NCBI GenBank assembly: GCA_048885535.1
Contig: JBHLLO010000049.1
Span: forward strand, 1 to 21,882
Length of the DNA: 21,882 nt
From: Candidatus Hermodarchaeota archaeon
GTDB taxonomy: Archaea; Asgardarchaeota; Lokiarchaeia; Sigyniarchaeales; SOKP01
Direction of reading: 5' to 3'
The notes under the pieces were generated by a model that was given only the letters and a program-made list of their open reading frames with translations, ran no database searches and was not told where the DNA came from. The position numbers and the translations under genes are program-made. Below, piece by piece: positions 8,701-16,403 of this stretch. The first letter of the stretch is position 1, and every line of letters begins with the position of its first letter.

Positions 8701-10126
8701 TAAAAATAAAGACCTAAATACCTTTGTAGATACCAAACTGATTAAGTTTCACCAAGAAAAAATTGGAAAGATTTTAGCATTATATGATTCAGGTGTCAGA
8801 AATAAAAAGTTGGCAGTAAACATTCTAGAATTAGAAAATAGAATTAATGAGTACCCAAATATTGAAAAAAGCGTTAGAGAAAGGTATGAAGTAAAAGTAA
8901 AAGAGCTTAAAATTGATGAAAGTAGGGAAGAAAACCTCAAAACTCGAAAAGAATTAGACAATATATTAACAAATGGAAAAAGCGCGATTCAAAAAATTTC
9001 AGAGAACCTAAAATTCTTTAATAGATTCCAAAACTTCATTTCAGAAGAATTTGATTTATTGAGAGGAGAATTTATAAATCTTTTTATAAAATCTTTTGAA
9101 GACCTTAGAAAATTTGAATCTCATATAAAAGCAATTGAGAATTTTGAATCAAAAAAAATGAAATTTGATTTAAGATATAAAGAAGTCGAAGATAAGATCA
9201 ATAATAAATTAAAAGATACTCTAAGTAAGTCCTCAAACTTTAAAAGACTTGAAACGGAAATTAGAGAATTCTATGTGTTAAGAAAGAATGAGTTTTCTGA
9301 TTTCTATAATATTAAATTAGATAAGATTATGGAAGATATTACTACTCTGAAAGATGAAACCTATCGAAATGAATTATTAGAAAGAATAAGTAAAATAAAA
9401 ATCTATTTAAGCCAGCTATTAGGAACCCTGCAAACTAGAGTGGAAGATTATATTGAGTATAAAGAATTTAAACGTGCTTATATAAAAGTACAAAAAAGAG
9501 AGAAAAAAATTGAAATAGAGTTTAAAGAAATTTCAAAAAATGTGAAGCAATTAGTGAAAGAGTATGAGAGAAAATCAAAGAATTTTGAAAATAAAAATAA
9601 GTATTTACTTGAAGATTTTGAACATTTCCTCAAAGGCTTTAGAGAACTCCTAACTGAAAAAATAAAATCCCTAGAAGAATTGATAGTTAAATCATATGTT
9701 TCAATGGCAATTAAAGCTGTTGCTAACCAATACCTAACCATAAGTTTTTTACAGAATGAATTGAAAATGAAGAAACAGAAAATTCAAGAACATCTAATAA
9801 CTTTAATTAGTTCAGAAAAACTAGAAGGGAAATATAATCCTCAAATTGGATTGTATTATGAAAATCCAGAAATATTAGAGAAATTAGATGAAACAGAACT
9901 AGAGGTTATGAAAAAAATGAATTTCAGGTTATATATGTTTTGGAGGCGTCTTAAAAGTTTTACAAGTCAGAATTATAGTATATTCACATTCCTAGCTGCA
10001 ATCTTATCTATTACCATCTCATTGTCAAGCGTTACAGGTCCATTAATTTATATTGTGTTAATTATATTGATAATCGTTCTTGCCTTATTCTTACTATTCA
10101 AACGTAAAAAACAAGAAAAGATTTAA
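5720..10126 (+). CDS. Large multidomain protein: N-terminal prenyltransferase-like repeats, winged-helix/PCI-like domains, long coiled coils, C-terminal transmembrane segment(s)
   Basis: TTG start with GAGG at 5707-5710. DIWSTYYALACIKLLG and QMQDGGF repeats. PCI-like tails IDLTKLADRLNL...IREMIDFSKLEGDLD and LTISFLQNELKM...LITLISSEKLEGKYN. K/E-rich helical stretches. About 40-aa hydrophobic C-terminus followed by KRKK. Confidence 0.65.
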   Translation: MLHGEKKTAYPYITEFKKELFESFVLIDRKKIGSFHLGYYNRIIKLYHTRAEAIRKESNLDLEHLYWFLLLGKYLKEDFGNQIQFFYDFVKSCELDIIEKDQIGFKKNPTSSALPDIWSTYYALACIKLLGLLDDYFLVKGRIDTIRKIKNFLYDHKKGEIFLHCLDKACEIHKQPFTAETVFYILEILTIIGNDVRLFKEQFRSYLSNRKKIPSMLFKYLAIKYLDLELDVKDKEIYYYNQFQMQDGGFSFSNEQGKVNDTFWIIYIFKNFSWLVDYNSARIYSFVNEKIQEICEVDQLDNVELFTDLAKLVILLSFIWKKFIGEIERVIFKQIEKTGFIDIKQIKNSFGLTHGIEEIILYINLSYNFNLKIINNTIEFSNYLRSLGEGLKIIATKINTHLRENSIICLSDILKNYKIEHNAEPLKIKENVLPLVNDMIGKKFFQGTIRAKTKFLRKPKYYFYLDYFLDNIIISDIEVNTEKLFEEKEKLIDIKNDIYNMTLTLKNTTTQIKEEIESYLLLDEIEYAKQRMKFILRNALLEADFLNENIENSFSQEMKYINIQAVLVTEINQWKKAYSIMQKKLNQVERYLNEKILEKEEIKKFDTILDELDGRIFEVGEYIKKELDSFRKFFRERLEAGYNDQSYKSIKGEFDKIANYVNKYDNTIYKVSQKITIKEQNVLKKHKRIIDNWVNIKENFDSIFNQYKEGFIFFDVTIEKIENVKEEIKKEFSNISEKAKTEIASNQFQEAFEIIKKDSDLVLNQKTNDLKSLRDTVKSQVKKNQKLFLLYQYLEEKLDELEQSIINLIADQVVSLKHKVTEERNKAKIEDFDNFIFQQIQDFKANLKAYKTKLNNLKNIKITELISGFDKILIELDSKNKSYLKKLNNLKDLIPNFDQNTITIIQWEKFQDYLNNEIKNLKENYVNQIILNEIETWTIEKNTNEIDLTKLADRLNLKCKSVISLIREMIDFSKLEGDLDETKKIMIFHNVAFYKNKDLNTFVDTKLIKFHQEKIGKILALYDSGVRNKKLAVNILELENRINEYPNIEKSVRERYEVKVKELKIDESREENLKTRKELDNILTNGKSAIQKISENLKFFNRFQNFISEEFDLLRGEFINLFIKSFEDLRKFESHIKAIENFESKKMKFDLRYKEVEDKINNKLKDTLSKSSNFKRLETEIREFYVLRKNEFSDFYNIKLDKIMEDITTLKDETYRNELLERISKIKIYLSQLLGTLQTRVEDYIEYKEFKRAYIKVQKREKKIEIEFKEISKNVKQLVKEYERKSKNFENKNKYLLEDFEHFLKGFRELLTEKIKSLEELIVKSYVSMAIKAVANQYLTISFLQNELKMKKQKIQEHLITLISSEKLEGKYNPQIGLYYENPEILEKLDETELEVMKKMNFRLYMFWRRLKSFTSQNYSIFTFLAAILSITISLSSVTGPLIYIVLIILIIVLALFLLFKRKKQEKI

Positions 10127-10148
10127 TTACTTCCTGCTTTTCACCTTA

Positions 10149-12299
10149 TTATTCATAATCTAATATCAATTGAACTTGATTAGATTCTTTACGTAAATAT
10201 CCTAAATGACAAGCTCGATTAAAATGAATGTAAAACTTGTCATTTATTAAATCTTCTTCATAAGCATATTTTTGAAATTCCGAAAATTTCATAGAACCTT
10301 GTTTCCCATAAATTTTTATAATATTGATAAGCGTCTTAACGTTTTTATTTATCCTGAATTTCCTTTCTTTAGGTTGAAAACTTTTCTTTCCTTTTATTTT
10401 TAATAAAGATTTTTTCAATTTACTTTCATCAAAACTGAGAATTTCATTAATACATGTCACTCCATGCTTCTTCAGTTCATTATATTCTTCACTTTTTATG
10501 AAGTCTTCTATTTCTGTAATTATATCATCAATTGATCGGTTTACTAGCAACTCTCGCTCTTTTTCTTTGCGATCCTTAGGTTTATCAAAAAGATTCAACT
10601 CATCAAAACACTTTTGTGTGTCAAAATTAATTTCCTTTCTATTTATTGTTTTAAATAGCTCTATATTTTTAGGTCTTAAAAGAATATCATTCATCGTCTT
10701 TTGTTTTCTCAATGCTACTTTATGAAATGGAATATCTACAGTTCCTCTAGTAAGGAGTATATAACATCTACCCGGTGCGTTTCTGCCAGTCCTACCTCTT
10801 CTTTGAATTAAACGGATTTCGGAAGGAACAGGTTCATAAAAAATTATTGCATCAACATTTGGAATATCAAGACCCTCCTCAGCTACACTGGTTGCAATTA
10901 GCACACTTATTTTTCCTTCTCTAAATTCCTCGAGAATTTCAATCTGTTTATTCTGAGAGAATCCAAGATCATCATATTTAGATGCTTGACCAATAAATTT
11001 CTCAGCTTTTAATTCAATACCAAATCTATTCTTAATTTCAACTTTCAAATATTCTGCCATTTCCCGGAATTGTGTAAAAATTAAAATTTTTCTGTTTTTA
11101 TATTCTTCTATTTCCTCCTCAATTATAGAAAGCATTTTTTCTATTTTCGGATGGGTTAACTCTTCATCATCAGTGTTCTCTAATAAGGATTCTATGAATT
11201 TATAATGTTCTGAATTGGTAATCCTTTTTGCTGATAAAATATCTTGTCCCGACTTTAAAGCAACCCTTTCTAGGAATGATTTAAATAGGGAATAATTTTG
11301 AGTTTCCAACAAATCTTTGCCATGGAGTATGCTGATGCAACTTGAGCAATAGGAATAAATAGTTTGGACATTTAGATCCTTTTCTTTAACAATATCTATA
11401 ACTTTTGGATTTTGATGATATAATAAGTTATTATATTCATCTTCTGATATTTCTGATTCATAACCATTTTCATATCTTAATGAGAAAGTTAAATCTTGAG
11501 CTATTGTTAAAAATTCTAATTTCGAATAATAAGGTTTATTAGGTTTAACTATTCCCCACTCAATAAATAATTTTAAAAATTTTTCAAATAAGTTATACCA
11601 TACAGCACTAATCTCTAAAACTTTAACTGGAACATTTACGAATTCTAAATAGGTATCAACGTCATATATGTACTTTTGAACGTCATTATCTTCATAAGAT
11701 TTGAAGATAACATTTTCAATAAAAAGGTTATCACACAATTGCTGAATGTGAAAATAACTTTTACCTGGTGATGCAGTTAAAGCTAATATTAAAGGATCTG
11801 TGCAAGTAGAAATGTATTCATTAGAAATAAAATTATACGCATAATTACCTTTTGTTCGATGACCTTCATCAAAAATAAGTAAAGATACATGCCTTAAATC
11901 ATATCTACCTCTCTCAATATCATTTTTTATTATTTGGGGTGTAGAAATTATAACTTTTGAATTATTAAAAAGGAAGCGCCTTTTTTCTGGTTGAATTTTT
12001 CCCGTAAATGAAGTAATCTTTTTCTTTTCAATATTCATCAATTTTTGACATGAGGATTTATGTTGAAAAACTAATGGTCGTGTGGGGGATAGAATTAAAA
12101 TTTTGGATGCAGGATATTTTTCTAAAGCTTTAACTGCAAGTAAAATACCAATAATGGTTTTTCCTAACCCTGTTGGCAAAACTACAAGAGAATTTTTATT
12201 CATGCAACTCTTTACGATGTTTTCTTGATACTGTCGATAAAATATCTTATTTTTTTTTAAGAATTGCCCATTAAAATACTCCAATTTCGGATGTTGCAT
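10149..12299 (-). CDS. hef: Hef/Mph1/FANCM-family SF2 helicase without recognisable ERCC4 nuclease domain
   Basis: RQYQ, LPTGLGKT, PTRPLV, STPQ, DEGH, LTASPG, HPK, IFTQFR, FIGQ, ATSVAEEGLDIP, YEPVPSEIR, QRRGRTGR. No ERKxxxD or HhH motifs. Confidence 0.85.
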   Translation of the reverse strand: MQHPKLEYFNGQFLKKNKIFYRQYQENIVKSCMNKNSLVVLPTGLGKTIIGILLAVKALEKYPASKILILSPTRPLVFQHKSSCQKLMNIEKKKITSFTGKIQPEKRRFLFNNSKVIISTPQIIKNDIERGRYDLRHVSLLIFDEGHRTKGNYAYNFISNEYISTCTDPLILALTASPGKSYFHIQQLCDNLFIENVIFKSYEDNDVQKYIYDVDTYLEFVNVPVKVLEISAVWYNLFEKFLKLFIEWGIVKPNKPYYSKLEFLTIAQDLTFSLRYENGYESEISEDEYNNLLYHQNPKVIDIVKEKDLNVQTIYSYCSSCISILHGKDLLETQNYSLFKSFLERVALKSGQDILSAKRITNSEHYKFIESLLENTDDEELTHPKIEKMLSIIEEEIEEYKNRKILIFTQFREMAEYLKVEIKNRFGIELKAEKFIGQASKYDDLGFSQNKQIEILEEFREGKISVLIATSVAEEGLDIPNVDAIIFYEPVPSEIRLIQRRGRTGRNAPGRCYILLTRGTVDIPFHKVALRKQKTMNDILLRPKNIELFKTINRKEINFDTQKCFDELNLFDKPKDRKEKERELLVNRSIDDIITEIEDFIKSEEYNELKKHGVTCINEILSFDESKLKKSLLKIKGKKSFQPKERKFRINKNVKTLINIIKIYGKQGSMKFSEFQKYAYEEDLINDKFYIHFNRACHLGYLRKESNQVQLILDYE

Positions 12300-12651
12300 G
12301 TTATGGATAACTTTCTATATTTAAATTTAAAAAGTACAACTCTGAAAGATTTTTATAAAATAGAGAGGCACATAGTTTTAAGAATTATTATTGGACATTT
12401 AATATAATCATAAAATTTTTAAAAAAATGTGATAAATTTATTGTAAAACCATTTATCATGGTTTATTCAAAAAACATGATACATCCAGATTTTTAGTAAC
12501 TAAGTTTAATGTTTAAAATTAGTATCTATTCTACGAATATACCCATGTCCACCCAAAAAAATAGTACAATATTATACTGTTGAACATGAGGAATTCACTA
12601 AAAACTCCCAGGAAATTATTAAAATAGCTATTTACTTTACCATTCGTTGTT

Positions 12652-14238
12652 TTAATCTGATGAAGTGGAAGAAACCTTTGCCAGTTTTTTTGTATTTTTG
12701 ATATAAACGATTTTCTCGATTTTTTCATCAGATCTTTTAGGTATGAATGTTATATCGGGTATTCCATGTTTCATAAATCCTTTTAATTCATCAGAAATCA
12801 TCGACTTACTCATTCCCATTGAATGAAGCATATCATTTCCGCTTTTAATCACTGTTTTAGCAAAGCGTGGTACATTTCGGCCCATCCAATTAAATTTACC
12901 AAAGGGATTAGTATATCTTTTTATAAGCATTTTGAGCCAACCCTTACTAAGATAATATGCAGAATATGCTTCGCCCACTAATTTATATATCTCATTAGTA
13001 GTTAGTTGTTCTGTGCGCATCATTGGATGAAATAAATCATAATATTTATAATCTTTAGTTGTAACCCTTTTTTGTTTAAACATTTCATTGTAGAACTCTG
13101 TTCCCGGAAATGCTGTAATGGGAGTAAATTGAATACAGGTGAGATTAAGCGATCTAGCAAATTGAATATTTTGTCTTACCATTGTTTTAGTTTCACCTGG
13201 ATATCCAATAATAACACCTCCAAATATTGAAATTCCACGGTCTTGAAGCATAGATACAACACTTTTAATCATTTCAGGAGTAGTATTTTGCTTATTCATG
13301 GCATCAAGGCTTTGTTGGTGAACTGATTCAATCCCTAGAAAAACTTGTCTCATACCCGCCTTATGCATTAGATCAACCAACCAAGGATTTCGATATAATG
13401 AATCAATTCGGGATTGGCAGGAAAAATAAATATTATTTGGCACTCCAGAACGAATCATAGTTTCGAGTATTTGTTTTGTCCGTTTTATTTTAATAGTAAA
13501 ATTGTCTTCACAGAAAAAGATAAAATCATTTTTCCAATCGACATCATAAATTTCTCGCATAATCCTTTTAATTGATTTTGTTCTATAAGTTACAGGTTTA
13601 TTTGAATTCCTCCACATTTTTATAATGCAACAGAATTTACAATTATGCGGACAACCACGTGAAGTTTCAAGTTGAGCTACTCTTGCACCTAAATAAATAT
13701 ATTTTGCATCATCTAATAAATCTCTTCTGGGCATTGGAAAGTTATCTAAATTAAGTTCTAATTGACGCTCTTTATTATGTTTCACTGTTCCATCTTTATC
13801 CTTATATGATAAACCATCAATTTGGTTTAATGAAATATTATTTTTATTCCCATCAAGATAATCAATAACTTCTTTAAAAGTATGTTCTCCTTCACCTCGA
13901 ATGGTGAAGTCTACGGCTGGATGACATGCTACAAATTCTGGTGCTAAAGTTGGATGATATCCACCTAATATTGTATGACAACCTTGCTCTTTAGCCATTT
14001 GTGCTACCTCGAATGCATGATATATTTGTGGAGTCATACTAGTAATAGCTACTACATCATATCGGTTTAGATCACTGCGAAATCTTTTTTCTCGATATCT
14101 ATCAACTTTAAAATCGAATAATTTCGCCTCGTGATCAGGAACCATTGCAGCGATTGAAATAAGGCTTAAAGGGGCACCCTTTATAATAGCATCTAATCCT
14201 GCTTCTAATCGAGCTGGATTTACATAGAGAACCTTCAT
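12652..14238 (-). CDS. Cobalamin-binding radical SAM protein (class B methyltransferase/BchE-like superfamily)
   Basis: N-terminal B12-binding domain (PLSL, GGYHPT, RGEGE), ETSRGCPHNCKFC cluster motif, EDNF, GIES, IIGYPGET, FPGT. Confidence 0.88.
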   Translation of the reverse strand: MKVLYVNPARLEAGLDAIIKGAPLSLISIAAMVPDHEAKLFDFKVDRYREKRFRSDLNRYDVVAITSMTPQIYHAFEVAQMAKEQGCHTILGGYHPTLAPEFVACHPAVDFTIRGEGEHTFKEVIDYLDGNKNNISLNQIDGLSYKDKDGTVKHNKERQLELNLDNFPMPRRDLLDDAKYIYLGARVAQLETSRGCPHNCKFCCIIKMWRNSNKPVTYRTKSIKRIMREIYDVDWKNDFIFFCEDNFTIKIKRTKQILETMIRSGVPNNIYFSCQSRIDSLYRNPWLVDLMHKAGMRQVFLGIESVHQQSLDAMNKQNTTPEMIKSVVSMLQDRGISIFGGVIIGYPGETKTMVRQNIQFARSLNLTCIQFTPITAFPGTEFYNEMFKQKRVTTKDYKYYDLFHPMMRTEQLTTNEIYKLVGEAYSAYYLSKGWLKMLIKRYTNPFGKFNWMGRNVPRFAKTVIKSGNDMLHSMGMSKSMISDELKGFMKHGIPDITFIPKRSDEKIEKIVYIKNTKKLAKVSSTSSD

Positions 14239-14493
14239 TTTAACACCGTTTTTTCTTGAATATTGTATCTAGCAGAAACTAACGTTTGGTAAATTATCTC
14301 TTAATATTTATAGGGAAGAAATTTAAAACCCCAAAACATTTTTTTATAATTATAAAAGAATTTTTCCTTAATAAACTTGTTGAATCTACATAATATTTGT
14401 TGATCCAATATAGCACCAATATTCAATTTCCTCCCTCTATATTGATTCCTTGTTAAGAAATATATTTATTCACAAATTGCTTATTTACCACTA

Positions 14494-14892
14494 GTGAGAT
14501 ATAATCCTAAAAGCGTTAATGAGCTGTTAGACAATTTGCAAAATGCAAATTCAGCTATAAAGGCAGTAATTTTGCTTTCTGTTGAGGGATTACCTATTGC
14601 ATCCACTCTTCCAAGAGAATTGAATGATGCCCAATTATCTGCTCTCTCAGCTACGATATTAGCATTAGGAAGAAAAGGAAATTCTGAAATGAGTAACGGT
14701 GAGTTCAATCATTTATATATTGAAGGTTCTAATGGCGGGATATTAATATTCCTAATGAGTAAATTCGAAATTTTGGTTTTACTCACTAATGAAAACCCTG
14801 ATTTGGAAATGATTATTCAGAGTTTAAATGATTTCAAATTTGAAGATATTAATATCTTTAAAAAATCCAAAATTAAGAAGAAAAAAAAATAA
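14494..14892 (+). CDS. Roadblock/LC7 (MglB-like) domain protein
   Basis: IKAVILLSVEGLPIAS, LSALSATILALG and LYIEGSNGGILI match the roadblock fold pattern. GTG start. Confidence 0.85.
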   Translation: MRYNPKSVNELLDNLQNANSAIKAVILLSVEGLPIASTLPRELNDAQLSALSATILALGRKGNSEMSNGEFNHLYIEGSNGGILIFLMSKFEILVLLTNENPDLEMIIQSLNDFKFEDINIFKKSKIKKKKK

Positions 14893-14922
14893 TGTATTAA
14901 ATCTGGATAAATCCCTCTTTTT

Positions 14923-15138
14923 TTAACCTTTAAAGTATTTAATGGCTAAAAGGATGTCATCCCGTGTTACCTTTTTGCGTTTTGAATGTTTGGTTAGACC
15001 TAAGGCTGTTTTGGTTATTTTTTCAGCAGCCATGCCCATCCAATCGACTAATTCGTCAACGGCGTCTCTAGCCACTATAATGGCCCCATTATGTTTCATT
15101 AATCTTCGAATAGGACTCCAACTAATATATTCAGACAT
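14923..15138 (-). CDS. Archaeal histone (HMf-like fold, no N-terminal tail)
   Basis: PIRRLMK..GA..VARDAV...HSKRKKVTRDDILLA, with the R-x-x-V-x-x-x-D signature. Strong GGAGG ribosome-binding site. Confidence 0.93.
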   Translation of the reverse strand: MSEYISWSPIRRLMKHNGAIIVARDAVDELVDWMGMAAEKITKTALGLTKHSKRKKVTRDDILLAIKYFKG

Positions 15139-15146
15139 TTTTTATT

Positions 15147-15151
15147 CCTCC
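15147..15151 (-). promoter_or_regulatory. Shine-Dalgarno site of histone gene
   Basis: GGAGG on the minus strand, 8 nt upstream of ATG 15138. Confidence 0.7.
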
Positions 15152-15232
15152 ACTCTTTAATTTATATTTTTGTAATGTTATTGATTTTTGTTATTATTTA
15201 ATGGTTAGTTATATAGTTATATATCTTCTATA

Positions 15233-15240
15233 TATTTAAA
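15233..15240 (-). promoter_or_regulatory. Candidate TATA box for histone gene
   Basis: TTTAAATA on the minus strand preceded by the purine-rich GCAAAATC (BRE-like). The AT-rich background lowers specificity. Confidence 0.35.
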
Positions 15241-15325
15241 GATTTTGCTTAGTACTTAAGTTTATGAGGAAAAAAATGGAAAAAATTTCACGACAAAATT
15301 CAAAGATAATAAAAAATCAATCTCG

Positions 15326-15388
15326 TAAAAGTTAAAGATTTTTTATGGAAATTCGAATTTCGTTAAATATCAAAACTAAAAGTTAAAG
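15326..15388. repeat. 12-bp direct repeat pair flanking a 14-bp palindrome
   Basis: TAAAAGTTAAAG at 15326-15337 and 15377-15388; GAAATTCGAATTTC at 15348-15361. Confidence 0.6.
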
Positions 15389-15428
15389 CGGAAGGTTCTA
15401 TTTCTTCTCTTTCCTCGAAATCGTGTAT

Positions 15429-15460
15429 AATTTGAAAAAAATAAAAAGTTTTTTCAAATT
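15429..15460. repeat. Perfect 12-8-12 inverted repeat
   Basis: AATTTGAAAAAA-ataaaaag-TTTTTTCAAATT. Confidence 0.6.
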
Positions 15461-15625
15461 CTGAGATGCTTGATCAAGAAATTTTGTGTTATCCAGAAGT
15501 TAATTATTTTCAATTATTGTTGAAAAATTAATGGGAAATGATTAAATAAAAATCCAATTTTGTACAAAAAATTAAATACTTTTCTGTAAAATAATAGAAT
15601 TATATTAAAAAAAAATTGAAATCCG

Positions 15626-16363
15626 ATGATTAAGTCAAAAAAGATTTATTTAATATATTTAGGAATTTTCTGTCTTATCATAAATTTTGGTTTATTCTCA
15701 CCAGGCTTAGGATCTCCATGTTCTTCTGCTTATAATATAAGCTGGGGTGTTACAGAAGGAAACACCTATACATGGATTGTAAGAGAAACAAATACAAGTC
15801 TTGGATTCCTTCCAGTCAACTCTGAATTTCGAATAACAGTAAACTCTATTAGGGCACTAAACGGTGGAAATGCCACTGGAATAAACGCTACAGTCACAAG
15901 ATATAATAGCGTCACTCAACAAACAACAACAATTTTAGATAATCAGATGTTTATTTATTTCGATGCAGGGACAAATACAACCTCCTTTTATGCTCCAATT
16001 TACGAGCACGGGTTTTTTGTTCCTACAAATTATGGACATCATTTTTATGAAGCTTTAGTAGATTATATTAGTAATTACTATGCATTTGATCAATGGGGAT
16101 CGACTTCTTATACCGATGGTCGATTGATTTTTCTTAGTGGTTATAATATTTCATCTGATTTATATTATCGCTGGCATTTTAATGACAATTTAATAACTAG
16201 CGAATTAATTGTTGCTCACTGGGATGATCTTTTTGATAACATTTACCAATACCGACTAGAATTGGAGTGGGTTGAAGCTATATCCTATGGAAATTTCTTT
16301 TTAGTTTTTGCGGGGATTACAATAATTTCATTAATTTATATATATAAAAAGAAAGAAGCTTAA
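15626..16363 (+). CDS. Secreted/surface protein with signal peptide and Loki-CTERM-like C-terminal anchor
   Basis: N-terminal signal; WGVTEGNTYTW start of the mature domain; many N-x-S/T sequons; C-terminal AISYGNF followed by a hydrophobic helix and KKK. Confidence 0.7.
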   Translation: MIKSKKIYLIYLGIFCLIINFGLFSPGLGSPCSSAYNISWGVTEGNTYTWIVRETNTSLGFLPVNSEFRITVNSIRALNGGNATGINATVTRYNSVTQQTTTILDNQMFIYFDAGTNTTSFYAPIYEHGFFVPTNYGHHFYEALVDYISNYYAFDQWGSTSYTDGRLIFLSGYNISSDLYYRWHFNDNLITSELIVAHWDDLFDNIYQYRLELEWVEAISYGNFFLVFAGITIISLIYIYKKKEA

Positions 16364-16369
16364 AGTTGT

Positions 16370-16392
16370 CTTTCTCTTTTTTTTTTTGTTTT
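16370..16392 (+). terminator. Putative oligo-T terminator
   Basis: Long T-run immediately after the stop at 16363, in the gap between convergent genes. Confidence 0.55.
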
Positions 16393-16403
16393 AAATAGTG
16401 CTA

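Noticed and set aside
5720-10126. SMC/Rad50-type ATPase call for the large coiled-coil protein
   Set aside because: No Walker A/B or signature motif, and it has a C-terminal membrane anchor.
2023-15160. Short antisense or overlapping ORFs 2023..2379, 3060..3242, 8749..8961, 9478..9741, 10498..10725, 12531..12728, 14481..14708, 14942..15160
   Set aside because: They are shadows of well-supported genes, with no motifs and atypical composition.
15139-15625. Replication origin, CRISPR array or structured RNA gene in the long intergenic gap
   Set aside because: No ORB-like G-string boxes or cdc6, no regularly spaced repeat-spacer units, and no GC-rich stems.
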